Shown here: positions 47,409 through 60,528 of the stretch, piece by piece
Numbering within the stretch: the stretch's first letter is position 1
How the letters are laid out: each line of letters begins with the position of its first letter
Source of the DNA: Firmicutes bacterium ADurb.Bin182
Lineage (GTDB): Bacteria; Bacillota; Clostridia; Christensenellales; CAG-138
Length of the DNA stretch: 64,000 nt
NCBI GenBank assembly: GCA_002070205.1
Contig: MWCU01000032.1
Location: 15,123-79,122 of the forward strand
Reading direction: 5' to 3'
Program-made: the position numbers and the translations under genes
Notes under the pieces: model-generated
The model's database searches: none
What the model was told of the DNA's origin: nothing
The model's input: only the letters and a program-made list of their open reading frames with translations

Positions 47409-48349
47409 TTTTTTACTCCCTCCGCGGGTAAAGAACGCGGGTATTTCTTGTTGAGCAATAAGTTGATCCCGAGGGTAACAATACTGCTGATAGTCCAGTA
47501 TATCGCAAACGACGTATTGTAATTAAGGCAGAAAACAAAGCTCATTATGGGAAAAACATAAACCATGAATTTTCCGGTACCGCCGGCGGCATCGTTCTTC
47601 GGCTGCCCTTTCTGCATTATCCAGGAGGAAAGGAACATGGTCGCGCCCGCGAGCAGCGGCCAGATGAACCAGCCGTTGTTCTTGCCGGGATACAAATCAA
47701 GAAGAGGCTTTACAAGCTCATTGTATTTATCTATGGAGGCCTGCGGTATGTTTTTGACATCCTCTATTATAAACCCGAGGTTTCGGAATATCTGAAGCGC
47801 TTCGGGGTTCTGCTGAAAATAAAGAAGTTTCGGAAGCTCTTTGATCGCGAGGAAATTTTCCGCCTTCATTATTACCGGTACCATTCCGTTGTCGGGCTGC
47901 CATATGTTGTGCACCCATAAAAACCTGAAGGACTCAAATATCTCGGTGTTGTTCGGATTTTCGTTCATGGAGATCAACAGCTTTACCATCTGTTCATACC
48001 CCCAGAAACGGAATGCGGCGATAAAGCAGAAAAACAGCGGCATCATTATGAGCATGGGAAGGCATCCGCCCCACATGGAAATTCCGCGCTCCTTCATGAG
48101 CTTTTGCTGTTCTTGCTGAGCACGCCTGGGATCATCTTTATATTTTTTCTGTATCTTAGATATTTCGGGCTGAATTGCCGACATCTTCATGCTGGATTTT
48201 CTTGACGCAATATCTGAGAATATTGTTATACCTTTTATAAACAGGGTCGATATCAGTATTGTGAGGACGGCGTTATGCGCCGTGACGTTTTCATATATCC
48301 ATTTCATGCCCTCGAAAAACCATGTGGTCAGAAAAAAATCACCCTGCAA
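47405..48349 (-). CDS. yidC: Membrane protein insertase YidC/OxaA
   Basis: Polytopic protein with the conserved GGCLPMLIMMP segment. TTG start with a GAGGT RBS. Confidence 0.85.
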   Translation of the reverse strand: MQGDFFLTTWFFEGMKWIYENVTAHNAVLTILISTLFIKGITIFSDIASRKSSMKMSAIQPEISKIQKKYKDDPRRAQQEQQKLMKERGISMWGGCLPMLIMMPLFFCFIAAFRFWGYEQMVKLLISMNENPNNTEIFESFRFLWVHNIWQPDNGMVPVIMKAENFLAIKELPKLLYFQQNPEALQIFRNLGFIIEDVKNIPQASIDKYNELVKPLLDLYPGKNNGWFIWPLLAGATMFLSSWIMQKGQPKNDAAGGTGKFMVYVFPIMSFVFCLNYNTSFAIYWTISSIVTLGINLLLNKKYPRSLPAEGVKK

Positions 48350-48585
48350 AACAATTACCTCGCTTTCACAGCTTATATTTTGGCAAAACCTGAATGACGG
48401 CCTATCTATTATATTACGAGGTCAATGCCCGGTCCCGGATATTTAAGAACAGTCAATATAAGCGGTCGGCCGTCCCGGGATTTATTCGGTTTAAAAACAA
48501 ACCGCCCGCATATCGGGCACCGTCATGCTTCGCTCCCTGAAAAAACTGCGGGGGCGGCGTCAAAGTAAAACCGGCGATTTCCCGG

Positions 48586-48795
48586 TTAAGGAACAGGATC
48601 AAAACCTCCCCTGAAGAAGGGATTGCACCTCAAGATACGCTTGAAAGCCAACCAGGAGCCCTTTGCTGCGCCATACTTTTCAATTGCTTCCGCGGCATAC
48701 TGCGAACAGGTCGGCTGATATATGCAGCTTGGCGGCAGCAAAGGAGAGATGTATCTTTGGTATCCATGAATGATACCCGTCAAAAGGTGCTTCAC
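48586..48795 (-). CDS. yidD: Membrane protein insertion efficiency factor YidD
   Basis: [22 protein letters not shown]...RILRCNPF signature. Confidence 0.85.
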   Translation of the reverse strand: MKHLLTGIIHGYQRYISPLLPPSCIYQPTCSQYAAEAIEKYGAAKGSWLAFKRILRCNPFFRGGFDPVP

Positions 48796-48798
48796 GGC

Positions 48799-49143
48799 TC
48801 AATCTTCCTTCTTCAAAAGGTTCGCTTTGCGCAAAAGCTCGCGCACAGAATTTTTGATATTTTCGAATTCTTCATGCACAACCGGCTCTCGAGCTATAAG
48901 TATAATATTGTATCCGCTTTTCACGATCGGAATCATCGGGCGGAAAGATTCCCTCAGCCGACGTTTGACGCGGTTGCGCACAACGCTGTTTCCGATTTTT
49001 TTGCTGACCGTAATACCTACATGAAGCTTGTTCGTGTTGTTTCTCGTGAACAGCAGCACCATCAGCCTGCTGCTTTCCGACTTTCCGGCACGGTATACGT
49101 ACCTGAATTCTTTGTTTCGTTTTAACGAATAACAGCGTTTCAC
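48799..49143 (-). CDS. rnpA: RNase P protein component
   Basis: LKRNKEFRYVY...GITVSKKIGNSVVRNRVKRRLRE (RNR motif). It lies immediately downstream of rpmH. Confidence 0.85.
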   Translation of the reverse strand: MKRCYSLKRNKEFRYVYRAGKSESSRLMVLLFTRNNTNKLHVGITVSKKIGNSVVRNRVKRRLRESFRPMIPIVKSGYNIILIAREPVVHEEFENIKNSVRELLRKANLLKKED

Positions 49144-49222
49144 TTCGTTTTTCCAGCGAAAACCTTATTTTTTTCCCGCGCGGACACAGGCGGGGCGGCA
49201 CATACCGATTATGCCGTGACGA

Positions 49223-49357
49223 CTAAGCGCTCAGTTTCTTGCGGCCTTTCAAGCGCCTGCGCGCGAGGACGTGCTTGCCGCTCAGAGTCTTCATGCGTTT
49301 TCTGAAGCCGTGCACCTTTTTTCTTTGTCTTTTCTTCGGCTGATACGTATTGAGCAT
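49223..49357 (-). CDS. rpmH: 50S ribosomal protein L34
   Basis: Hand translation gives [44 protein letters not shown] (44 aa). RBS GAGGTG. It is below the ORF-track size cutoff. Confidence 0.9.
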   Translation of the reverse strand: MLNTYQPKKRQRKKVHGFRKRMKTLSGKHVLARRRLKGRKKLSA

Positions 49358-49430
49358 TGTTTTTCACCTCTTCTCTTATTGACTTCACCCGGGGGTTTTC
49401 CCCAGAGCACTTTTGTGCTGTCAATTGTTT

Positions 49431-49460
49431 ATTATAATTGAATCTCAAATCAAATGTCAA
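49431..49460 (-). promoter_or_regulatory. Putative sigma-A promoter of the rpmH-rnpA operon
   Basis: On the minus strand: TTGACA (49455-49460), 18-nt spacer, TATAAT (49431-49436). Confidence 0.5.
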
Positions 49461-49590
49461 GAAATACGGGCTTTTTACAGCTCCCGGATGCACCCGTGCG
49501 ATTTAGTTTTATATTATTTTCAATTGTATTAAACTACATATTTTGATATGATGTGTATAAACTATTCAATATTTCGCCGGGGGTCAAAAA

Positions 49591-50907
49591 ATGGCAAACG
49601 CGCAAGCGGTCTGGGAGCGCTCGCTGGACACTCTCAAACAGGAAATGACTCAATTGAGCTTCAATTCATGGATCAAGGATATCGTTCCGGTGGTCATCAG
49701 GGACGAAGTTTTGGTCCTGCAGGCACAAAGCGAGTTTTACTGCAGCACTCTCAATAACCTGTACTTAAAGTCTATTGTGGACGCCGTAAATGCCTCTAAC
49801 GGAACAAATTACAGCATAAAAATTATTTCGCCGGAGGAAAGGATCCATTATATCGCGCCAAAACCAAAAAAAATCGAGCCGGGATTCTTTCTTAACCCGA
49901 GATACACATTCGAGACATTTGTTATAGGCAGCTCAAATAATTTCGCCCACGCGGCATCGCTCGCGGTCGCCAAGAATCCCGCAAAAGCGTACAATCCGCT
50001 TTTTATATACGGAGGAGTCGGACTCGGAAAAACGCATCTCATGCATGCCATAGGCCACAGCATTTTGGAAAACAACGCTCATTCGAATATTCTTTACGTA
50101 ACGAGCGAAACTTTTCTCAACGAACTGATAGAGTCAATCAGGGAGAACAAAAACGCTCTTTTCAGGGCGCGTTACCGCAATGTGGATGTCCTTCTGGTCG
50201 ACGATATTCAGTTCATAGTCGGCAAAGAAAGCATGCAGGAGGAATTTTTCCACACATTCAACGCGCTCCATGTAGCCGGTAAACAAATCGTTATAAGTTC
50301 CGACAGGCCTCCGAAGGAAATACCGACCCTTGAGGAAAGGCTCAGGTCCAGGTTCGAATGGGGGCTTATTGTGGATATACAGCCTCCGGACCTCGAAACG
50401 CGCATAGCCATATTGAGAAAAAAAGCAATGATCGATAATCTTGACGTCAGCGATTCGGTGCTTCAGTATATCGCGGGGAAAGTTCAGTCCAACATAAGGG
50501 AGCTTGAAGGTTCGCTTACGAGGGTAATGGCATATGCGATACTGGAAAAGCGTCCCGTGGATATAAATCTTGCGGACACTGCATTAAAGGATATACTTCC
50601 CGAATTCGCTCCGAGGAAAATTACTCCCGAATTGATCAAGGAAGTCGTGGCGGATTATTACTCAATAGCTTATTCGGACATGTCATCAAAGAGAAAGGAC
50701 CGCAATATGGCCTATCCGAGGCAGATAGCCATGTATCTCTGCCGGACTATGACGGATATCCCATTAAAGCAAATCGGTTCCCTGTTCGGCGGCAGAGATC
50801 ACGCGACCGTCAAATACGCATGCGATAAAATCGCTTCAGATATTGAAAGCGACAGAGAGCTGGCGGTAAGCATCGACGACATGATAAAGCGGATAAAAAA
50901 TGACTGA
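49591..50907 (+). CDS. dnaA: Chromosomal replication initiator DnaA
   Basis: AAA+ Walker A GGVGLGKTHL, LLVDDIQF, and the C-terminal DnaA signature RQIAMYLCR...GGRDHATV. Confidence 0.95.
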   Translation: MANAQAVWERSLDTLKQEMTQLSFNSWIKDIVPVVIRDEVLVLQAQSEFYCSTLNNLYLKSIVDAVNASNGTNYSIKIISPEERIHYIAPKPKKIEPGFFLNPRYTFETFVIGSSNNFAHAASLAVAKNPAKAYNPLFIYGGVGLGKTHLMHAIGHSILENNAHSNILYVTSETFLNELIESIRENKNALFRARYRNVDVLLVDDIQFIVGKESMQEEFFHTFNALHVAGKQIVISSDRPPKEIPTLEERLRSRFEWGLIVDIQPPDLETRIAILRKKAMIDNLDVSDSVLQYIAGKVQSNIRELEGSLTRVMAYAILEKRPVDINLADTALKDILPEFAPRKITPELIKEVVADYYSIAYSDMSSKRKDRNMAYPRQIAMYLCRTMTDIPLKQIGSLFGGRDHATVKYACDKIASDIESDRELAVSIDDMIKRIKND

Positions 50908-51163
50908 CGGCAAGTGCCTGAAAAGTATTTCTTTCAACATTATAAAAAGGATTGTGAATAAGTTTTATGGTATAAGTTTTTGATAATGTGGAACATGTTG
51001 CCAAAGCGGAATAAACCGGGTTCCGGCTGATATTTGTCCACAGTGTTGTCAAAAGCTATAATCAAGGGCTGAACTGTGTTCGCGGAGTTTATCAACATTT
51101 TCAGCCGTACTATTATTACAACTACTTTAAATAATAAATAACAAAATGAATCAGGAGGTATAT
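50908..51163. other. oriC: oriC segment (dnaA-dnaN spacer): DnaA-box-like 9-mers, trio-like triplets and an AT-rich DUE
   Basis: TGTGAATAA (50953-50961), TGTGGAACA (50987-50995), TTGTCCACA (51034-51042) and TTATCAACA (51089-51097), each 1-2 mismatches from TTATCCACA. CTA TTA TTA CAA CTA CTT lies at 51110-51127. An AT-rich run extends to 51148. Confidence 0.6.
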
Positions 51164-52267
51164 ATGCGATTCTACTTAAACAACCAGGACCTGAATGCGG
51201 GTATAACAACCGTAATCAAAGCGCTGCCTCCGCGATCGACAAATGCCGCCAGAGAGGGAATTTATATCGAGGCTTCAAAGGACGGAATAAGGCTTAAATG
51301 TTCGGATCTGTCCCTGCAGATAGAAACCGTCGTGCCTGCGACCGTGGAGGAAGAGGGAAGCGTCGTTTTGCCGGGGCGTATTTTTTCCGAGCTTGTGAGA
51401 AAGCTTCAGGGGGAAATGACCGAAATCAACTGCGAGAATGAAACTGCGGTAATTAAAAACGGCCGGGTCCAAACGACCATTCAGGGGACGCCCGCCGACG
51501 AGTTCTCGAGCATGTCCGTTTTAACGGGAGATATCCGGTTTTCTTTAAAGCAATGCGTATTGAAGGATATGATAAAACAGAGCATATTCGCGACCGCATC
51601 TGATGAATCAAAACCGATACTCACGGGCGTTCTGTTCGAAATCGATAATGAGGAATTGACAATGGTCGCGCTGGACGGCTACAGGCTTGCCCTCCGCAAG
51701 GAGGAGATTTCTAAGCCCCTCGATCCCGGAAGCGTTGTTGTTCCGGCAAGATCCCTCGCGGAAATAAGCAGGACGCTGCTTGATTCGGAGGAATCGACTG
51801 ATATTGAGATCACCAAGACCCACGTTGTTTTGGATATGGGTCAAACCCGCATAATCACAAGGCTGCTTGAGGGCGAGTTTATTAAATATAAGCAAATACT
51901 GCCTACGGAGCATAAAACAAGGGTGCGCCTGAACAGGCAGGAACTCTCGGACAGCATCGAGCGCGCTTCGTTGATGGCAAGGGAAGGGAAGAGCAATCTT
52001 GTAAAGATGTCATTTTCCATGGATACTCTGACCATTACAGCGAACAACGAATTGGGTAAAATCAATGAAGAGATTAGCATTGAGCTCATCGGCAGCGAGC
52101 TTGATATCGCGTTTAACGGAAGATACTTTATAGACGTTTTAAAAGCTCTGGATGACGAAGAAATATATCTTGATATGAACAGCAACATCAGCCCTTGCGT
52201 CGTAAGGCCGGTGCAGGGCGACAAATTTTATTACCTGATACTTCCGGTCAGGCTGTTTGTTAATTGA
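51164..52267 (+). CDS. dnaN: DNA polymerase III beta sliding clamp
   Basis: Conserved position after dnaA. About 368 aa with the three-domain clamp pattern. The ATG at 51164 has an AGGAGG RBS. Confidence 0.9.
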   Translation: MRFYLNNQDLNAGITTVIKALPPRSTNAAREGIYIEASKDGIRLKCSDLSLQIETVVPATVEEEGSVVLPGRIFSELVRKLQGEMTEINCENETAVIKNGRVQTTIQGTPADEFSSMSVLTGDIRFSLKQCVLKDMIKQSIFATASDESKPILTGVLFEIDNEELTMVALDGYRLALRKEEISKPLDPGSVVVPARSLAEISRTLLDSEESTDIEITKTHVVLDMGQTRIITRLLEGEFIKYKQILPTEHKTRVRLNRQELSDSIERASLMAREGKSNLVKMSFSMDTLTITANNELGKINEEISIELIGSELDIAFNGRYFIDVLKALDDEEIYLDMNSNISPCVVRPVQGDKFYYLILPVRLFVN

Positions 52268-52294
52268 AACAGAATTTTATTCCGGCATGAAACG

Positions 52295-52322
52295 AAAAGA
52301 GCGATCGGATTCGCTCTTTTTT
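52295..52322 (+). terminator. Intrinsic terminator after dnaN
   Basis: AGAGCGA-tcggat-TCGCTCT followed by T5. Confidence 0.65.
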
Positions 52323-52452
52323 CATGAACGTTTTCTGCGATATTGCGGATTTTCTTCTTAATTATATAGACAAAACTTGTGTGAAACTTGTTTTTGTGAT
52401 ATACTTTTCTATGATCCTTAGCGGCGCTTTTTTTATGTAAAAGGAATTCCGG

Positions 52453-53553
52453 ATGCGGATAAAAGCGATCAAACTTATCAATTACCGTAATTATTCGCAC
52501 TTGGAGTTTAATCCCTGCGAAGGACTCAATGCGCTCGTCGGTGAGAACGCACAGGGTAAAACCAACCTGCTGGAAGCGGTTTTTCTTTGCGCGTTCGGGC
52601 GTTCCCACAGAATGTCCCGCGATATCGAGCTTATCAAAAACGACCAAAATATGAGTTACATCGGTCTTTCCGTTACGGGGTATACGGGAAGCCGCCAAAT
52701 CGAGGTCAAGCTTTCACGCGGAGAAGGTAAAAAGATCTTGCTGGACTCATGTCCCATAGGCAGGTCCGGAGAACTGCTCGGCGTGTTGAACGCGGTAATG
52801 TTTTCGCCGGAAGACCTTTCGCTTGTAAAGGACGGCCCCGCTATGCGCCGAAGGTTCATGGATATGGAATTGAGCCAGCTCAATCCGTCCTATTATTACA
52901 GGCTGCAGCAATACAATCACGCGCTCAAGCAGCGCAACGCGCTGCTTAAGGATAATTTTGCGCCGTCGTCCCCGGGGCTTTTGGCCATGTGGGACGAACA
53001 GCTTGCAAACTTGGGGGAATCGGTTATCAACGCCCGAAAGGCTTTCATTGAGGAGCTTTCCGGAATTGCGGGAGAACTTCACCGGATGATTTCGGACGGG
53101 CGCGAAACTTTAGGTATCGCTTATGAACCCGATATACGCGCTTCATGCGGCATTTCGCTGCACGACGCTATAATCGAAGCGCTCTCATCATCGGCCCTTG
53201 AGGATATAAGGCGGGGCTTTACGACGGCGGGACCGCACAGGGACGATATAAGCATATCGGTCAATGAATCGGACGCGAGGATTTTCGGGTCTCAGGGCCA
53301 GCAGCGCACGGCCGCGCTGTCGCTCAAATTGTCAGAGATCGAGATAATGAAAAGGCATAAAAGCGAACCCCCTGTGCTGCTTCTGGATGACGTGCTGTCC
53401 GAACTTGACGAAATACGGCAAAGGATGCTCGTAAAGAGCATCGAAGGTGTTCAGGTGCTCTTGACGTGCACTGCGCTCGCCGGCTTAAAAAACGCGGGGC
53501 TTAAAGATGCGAAAGTATACGAGTGCAAATGCGGTACGCTTCGGGAGACATAG
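52453..53553 (+). CDS. recF: DNA replication and repair protein RecF
   Basis: NYRNY...GENAQGKTNLLEA Walker A, the SQGQQRT signature, and LLLDDV Walker B. Confidence 0.9.
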   Translation: MRIKAIKLINYRNYSHLEFNPCEGLNALVGENAQGKTNLLEAVFLCAFGRSHRMSRDIELIKNDQNMSYIGLSVTGYTGSRQIEVKLSRGEGKKILLDSCPIGRSGELLGVLNAVMFSPEDLSLVKDGPAMRRRFMDMELSQLNPSYYYRLQQYNHALKQRNALLKDNFAPSSPGLLAMWDEQLANLGESVINARKAFIEELSGIAGELHRMISDGRETLGIAYEPDIRASCGISLHDAIIEALSSSALEDIRRGFTTAGPHRDDISISVNESDARIFGSQGQQRTAALSLKLSEIEIMKRHKSEPPVLLLDDVLSELDEIRQRMLVKSIEGVQVLLTCTALAGLKNAGLKDAKVYECKCGTLRET

Positions 53554-53748
53554 CGGCGGGTTTTAAGGCACTGATCGGAGCCGGCATTTCACGGGCCGAA
53601 GCGCCGCAAGCGGCAGGCTAAATAAAATAACGATAATCTGCGGGCCGCATGCGAAAGCGCTTGTCGTATGTGCCCTGTTTTAAAAGGGAATAAACAAACT
53701 ATATATGCGTATTTGCCGCTGCGAAACGCTGATGAAAAGAGGTCATAA

Positions 53749-55683
<1,935 letters not shown>

Positions 55684-55718
55684 CGCACGCTTTTTGCGGC
55701 CGATAGGAGCTGACTTAT

Positions 55719-58172
55719 ATGAACGACGAAATTTCCCGCATAATCCCTTTGGATATAGAGGATGAAATGAAAAAATCCTTTATTTCCTACGCCATGGCGG
55801 TCATAATCAATCGTGCGCTGCCCGATGTGCGGGATGGCTTGAAGCCGGTGCACAGGCGTATTTTATATTCAATGGACGAGTTGGGCCTGCATCCCGACAA
55901 ACCGTTTCGCAAAAGCGCAAGGATAGTGGGCGACGTTTTGGGAAAATACCACCCGCACGGCGACTCTTCCGTATATGACGCTATGGTCCGCATGGCTCAG
56001 GATTTCAATATGCGCGCCCCCCTCGTTGAAGGGCACGGGAACTTCGGCTCCGTGGACGGGGACGAAGCGGCGGCGATGCGTTATACCGAAGCGCGCTTTT
56101 CAAAAATGGCCGTGGAGATGATGAGGGATATCGACAAGAATACGGTCGATTTCTATCCGAACTTCGACGAGACTCTGATGCAGCCCGCGGTCCTTCCGTC
56201 GCGTTTTCCCAATTTGCTTGTGAACGGTTCGGGCGGAATAGCCGTCGGCATGGCTACGAATATGCCGCCGCATAATCTCGGCGAGACCATCGATACGTTC
56301 GTTGCATATATCGATAGCCCCGATATCACAACGGAGGAGCTTATGGCCTATCTTCCGGGACCGGATTTCCCGACCGGCGGCATCATTATGGGCACTTCCG
56401 GAATCCGCCAGGCATACAGGACCGGAAGAGGCAGAATAGTCGTGCGCGCGAAAGCCGAAATCGAGCAGGTCACCTCGAGCAAATCGCGGATTATAGTAAC
56501 CGAACTGCCCTATCAGGTCAATAAGGCAAGGCTTGTGGAGCGCATCGCGCAGATGACGCACGAGAAGAAGATCGAAGGCATCTCGGATCTTCGGGACGAG
56601 ACCGACAGAACCGGTATGCGCATAGTCATTGAACTTAAAAAGGACGTAAACGCCAATGTCGTTTTGAATCAGCTTTACAAACATACGGCGATGCAGGACA
56701 CGTTCGGAGTCATCAATCTAGCTCTTGTAAACGGGGAACCGAAGGTACTCAACCTTAAAGAGATACTGTACCATTACCTCAAATTCCAGGAAGAGGTCGT
56801 TACCCGCAGGACCAGATTCGACCTTGAGCGCGCAAGGGAGCGTCTTCACATATTGGAAGGGCTGATAATCGCCCTTGACAATATCGACGAAGTGGTTGAA
56901 ATCATAAAGAAATCCCCCAACGGGCCCGAAGCGCGGACGCGCCTGATGACGAGGTTCGGCCTTTCAGAAAAACAGGCGCAAGCGATACTGGATCTTCGCC
57001 TCCAGAGGCTTACGGGTCTTGAACGGGAAAAGATACTTTCGGAGCACGATGAGCTGATCAAGACCGTCGCTTACCTTGAAAGGGTTTTGAATGACGAGGG
57101 ATTGCTGCACCAAATCATCAAGGATGAAATTTTGAGCATCAGGCAGCGCTTTTCGGACGGCAGGCGTACGGAGATTACCGAGATCGTCGATGATATCGAC
57201 ATGGACGATATCATTCAGGAAGAGGAAATGGCGGTTACGCTGACCCATCTCGGCTACATAAAACGCATCTCTTCGGACAGCTACCGCAGCCAGAACCGCG
57301 GCGGACTGGGCGTAATCGGCCAGGCGACGCGCGAGGAGGATTTTGTTAAAAATATTTTCGTTACGTCCACGCACAGCCATATAATGTTCTTTACGAATAA
57401 GGGGCGCGCGTTCAGAATCAAGTGCTACACGATCCCCGAAGCCGGCCGCATCGCGAAAGGCACCGCTATTGTCAACCTTCTCTCCCTTCAGGGCGGCGAG
57501 AAGGTAACCGCCATGTTCCCCGTTACAAAGGAGGCGGAGGGGGGATATCTCGTTATGGCGACGAGGAACGGCGTCATCAAAAAGACGCCGATGAGCGAAT
57601 TTGACAATATCAGAAAAGGCGGAATAATTGCCCAGTCGCTCAGGGAAGACGACGAGCTTATAAGCGTGCTGCTCTCCTCGGGAGAGGATGAAATTTTGGT
57701 CGGCACGCGAAAAGGCTTATGCATCAGATTCCGCGAGGAAGATGTTCGTCCTATGGGGAGGACCGCGACCGGCGTAAGGTCCATTCACCTTTCCGAAGGC
57801 GACAGCGTAGTGGATATGGAGAAGGTCATTCCCGGCGCAGACGTTTTGACCATCAGCGAAAACGGTATGGGCAAGCGCACTCCCGAAGAAGCGTACAGGG
57901 CTCAAAGAAGAGCCGGGAAAGGTATAATTGCCATGAACGTTACCGAAAAAACCGGCGACCTTGCGTGCATGAAGATGTGCAAAGGAGACGAGGACATAAT
58001 GCTTGTGAGGGATGACGGGACGGTAATCCGGATGCCGGCGGAGCAGATCAGCCGCATCTCAAGGGCGACTCAGGGCGTAAGGCTGATGCGCGTGGACGAA
58101 GGCACCCGCGTTGTCGGAATAGCGCTGGTCGAACACAGCGAAGAAACGGAAGAAATCAAAGAAAGCAACTGA
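55719..58172 (+). CDS. gyrA: DNA gyrase subunit A
   Basis: [16 protein letters not shown], the [14 protein letters not shown], the active-site AAMRYTE, and a C-terminal beta-pinwheel. Confidence 0.95.
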   Translation: MNDEISRIIPLDIEDEMKKSFISYAMAVIINRALPDVRDGLKPVHRRILYSMDELGLHPDKPFRKSARIVGDVLGKYHPHGDSSVYDAMVRMAQDFNMRAPLVEGHGNFGSVDGDEAAAMRYTEARFSKMAVEMMRDIDKNTVDFYPNFDETLMQPAVLPSRFPNLLVNGSGGIAVGMATNMPPHNLGETIDTFVAYIDSPDITTEELMAYLPGPDFPTGGIIMGTSGIRQAYRTGRGRIVVRAKAEIEQVTSSKSRIIVTELPYQVNKARLVERIAQMTHEKKIEGISDLRDETDRTGMRIVIELKKDVNANVVLNQLYKHTAMQDTFGVINLALVNGEPKVLNLKEILYHYLKFQEEVVTRRTRFDLERARERLHILEGLIIALDNIDEVVEIIKKSPNGPEARTRLMTRFGLSEKQAQAILDLRLQRLTGLEREKILSEHDELIKTVAYLERVLNDEGLLHQIIKDEILSIRQRFSDGRRTEITEIVDDIDMDDIIQEEEMAVTLTHLGYIKRISSDSYRSQNRGGLGVIGQATREEDFVKNIFVTSTHSHIMFFTNKGRAFRIKCYTIPEAGRIAKGTAIVNLLSLQGGEKVTAMFPVTKEAEGGYLVMATRNGVIKKTPMSEFDNIRKGGIIAQSLREDDELISVLLSSGEDEILVGTRKGLCIRFREEDVRPMGRTATGVRSIHLSEGDSVVDMEKVIPGADVLTISENGMGKRTPEEAYRAQRRAGKGIIAMNVTEKTGDLACMKMCKGDEDIMLVRDDGTVIRMPAEQISRISRATQGVRLMRVDEGTRVVGIALVEHSEETEEIKESN

Positions 58173-58183
58173 AAATCAAAGTT

Positions 58184-59638
58184 ATGGACAGATTGACGGA
58201 GCATACCGTTCCCGCGGCTATAAAGGAGCTTGCCCGCCTTTTTCAAAATGCCGGCGCCCGGCTGTACGCGGTGGGCGGCATGGTGCGCAATCCGTTGCTC
58301 GGTTTGCCCGTCAGCGACGTTGACGTATGCTCGTCGCTTCGCCCGGACTCCGTGCGGTCGCTTTGCGAAAATAACGGACTCCGGATGGTGCCCAAGGGGA
58401 TCGACTACGGTACGGTTGAGATCATGGTGGGGGATGGTAAGGGGACTATCGGCGTTGAGCATACGACTTTCCGCGGCGATACATACGCACCCGGCGGCTC
58501 GCACAGGCCTTCCGCCGTTTCATTTTCGGATTCGCCGGAGGAGGACGCGTTCAGGCGGGATTTTACAGTCAATGCGCTTTACCTGGATATTCTGCGCGGC
58601 GAGCTCATCGACCCGACCGGCGGAATGGAGGACATCAGAAAAAGGCAGATAAGGGCTACTTCGAAGGACCCGCGCGAGATCATGCGATCCGACGGACTGA
58701 GGCTGCTTCGCATGGTCCGGTTCGCCGCGGAGCTTAGTTTTTCGGTCGAGGAAAAAACGCTTGCGGCGGCGAAGGAATGCATAACAGGGCTTAAGGATAT
58801 AGCATTTGAGCGCATACGGGACGAGCTTTTCAAAATACTTCTTTCGGATGCGCGATACCCGAAAGCCGATACGGAAGGCAATCCGGTGCTGGATGCGCTT
58901 GTGACGCTTAACGAGATCAAAGCTCTCGACGTGATTCTGCCGGAACTCGCAAAGGGCAGGGGGATAGCGCAGAATCCCGTATATCACGCGTTCGACGTAC
59001 TTACGCACGCGCTTCACGCCTGCTCTGAGGCTCCGCCGGTTCTCGATCTTCGTCTCTCGGCGCTTCTTCATGATATCGGGAAGCCGTACGCGATCGAGCG
59101 GAACGGCTTATCGGCTGTGACCGTACCGGACGGCGTACGGCACTCTCCCATGCTGTATCACGAAAAAATAGGCGCATCGATTTCCCGGGAAATTCTCTCG
59201 AGGCTTTGCTGCCAAAATGAACTCATCGATACGGTTTCGTCGCTTGTGCTGTGGCACATGTACGATATAAACGCAAAGGCCAAAGAGAGCACCCTCAGGG
59301 TCCGTTTTGCGCAATGGGGGGAAGAGTTTACAAAGAAGCTGATATGCCTTCGCGAAGCGGACGTGCGAGGGTCCGGTCTCACGACGGGTCCGGTTGCGAG
59401 CGCCGAGCGGTGGAAGCGGATACTTAAGGGCATGAAAGAGCAAAACGCGCCTTTTTCGGTGAATGAGCTTCAATGCGACGGAAATGACATTATGGAGTGG
59501 CTGGGGATAGGCCCGTCCGCCGCGGTGGGCGAGATCAAAAAAAAGCTCCTGCGCCACTGCGCAAAGTTTCCCAAAGACAATACTTGCGAGCGTCTGAAGC
59601 GGATAGTTAAGGGAATGGCTGAGGCCGGCGGGCGGTGA
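58184..59638 (+). CDS. cca: CCA tRNA nucleotidyltransferase / poly(A) polymerase family with an HD domain
   Basis: LYAVGGMVRNPLLG..DVDV head-domain motif, RDFTVNAL, and the HD motif LLHDIGKP. Confidence 0.75.
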   Translation: MDRLTEHTVPAAIKELARLFQNAGARLYAVGGMVRNPLLGLPVSDVDVCSSLRPDSVRSLCENNGLRMVPKGIDYGTVEIMVGDGKGTIGVEHTTFRGDTYAPGGSHRPSAVSFSDSPEEDAFRRDFTVNALYLDILRGELIDPTGGMEDIRKRQIRATSKDPREIMRSDGLRLLRMVRFAAELSFSVEEKTLAAAKECITGLKDIAFERIRDELFKILLSDARYPKADTEGNPVLDALVTLNEIKALDVILPELAKGRGIAQNPVYHAFDVLTHALHACSEAPPVLDLRLSALLHDIGKPYAIERNGLSAVTVPDGVRHSPMLYHEKIGASISREILSRLCCQNELIDTVSSLVLWHMYDINAKAKESTLRVRFAQWGEEFTKKLICLREADVRGSGLTTGPVASAERWKRILKGMKEQNAPFSVNELQCDGNDIMEWLGIGPSAAVGEIKKKLLRHCAKFPKDNTCERLKRIVKGMAEAGGR

Positions 59639-59880
59639 GGGCAGCCCGTTTATGAAAATTGCCGGTTTGTGAACCGTTGAAAGGCATTGTTTCGTTATAT
59701 TCGTGATCATAGTGTCGTTGCCCAAAATGATATGAATCGTTTTGAGAGCCCCCTTTGCAATGCGATGATTTTTAAAATCCGCCAAAAGGCGGTTTTATCG
59801 TGGGCCGCTGTTCACAGGCAATCGGTCATTGATACACGACAAGAAGTTCGATCAACAAACCAAAGAAGAGGAGAGCGCGT

Positions 59881-60528
59881 ATGAAAAGACCTATAATAGG
59901 GATCACTTGCGGGCTGAAGGAAGACTGTTATGAACTCAACAAAAAGTATGTCGAACAGATCGCTGAGGCGGGAGGTGAGCCCGTAATACTGTGCCGGGGA
60001 TTTGACTCGCTTGAAATGCTTGACGGACTCCTTCTGACCGGCGGTGGGGACGTTGCGCCGGGGCTTGCGGGAACGCCTGAGTCGCCGCTTGTAAACGGCA
60101 TCGATCATGAACGCGATGAACTCGAGTTCAAGCTGTGCAGAAGCGCCGGAAAGCTCGGAATGCGCGTTTTGGGTATTTGCCGCGGCGCGCAGGTGATAAA
60201 CTGCGCGATGGGCGGATCGCTTTATTATGATATCGAGGAATGCCTGCGGGTAAATGAAGGTCATAAATACCGCGGAGAGGTCATATATCATGAGATTTCG
60301 GTAAAAAAGGATACGCTGCTCCACAGGCTGCTCGGCGGCAATGTCAAGGTCAACAGCTATCACCACCAGGCCGTGCGCGACGCGGCGCCCGGATTTACTG
60401 TAAGCGCCCTTTCTCCCGAAGGAATCGTCGAAGCAATCGAGAACAAAGAGGAAAATATATTAGGCGTCCAGTGGCATCCAGAAAGGATGGATATGGGCGG
60501 ACTGTTTGCGTGGCTTATCGGGGGTTAA
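59881..60528 (+). CDS. Class I glutamine amidotransferase-like, peptidase C26 (gamma-glutamyl hydrolase) family
   Basis: LLLTGGGDV, the nucleophile context GICRGAQ, and SYHHQA / WHPE. Confidence 0.75.
   Translation: MKRPIIGITCGLKEDCYELNKKYVEQIAEAGGEPVILCRGFDSLEMLDGLLLTGGGDVAPGLAGTPESPLVNGIDHERDELEFKLCRSAGKLGMRVLGICRGAQVINCAMGGSLYYDIEECLRVNEGHKYRGEVIYHEISVKKDTLLHRLLGGNVKVNSYHHQAVRDAAPGFTVSALSPEGIVEAIENKEENILGVQWHPERMDMGGLFAWLIGG

Noticed and set aside
49209-49493. 94-aa minus-strand ORF over the rpmH locus
   Set aside because: It is in the wrong frame. The 44-aa L34 protein (49223-49357) is encoded in another frame of the same strand and has a proper RBS. The long ORF also runs through the promoter region.
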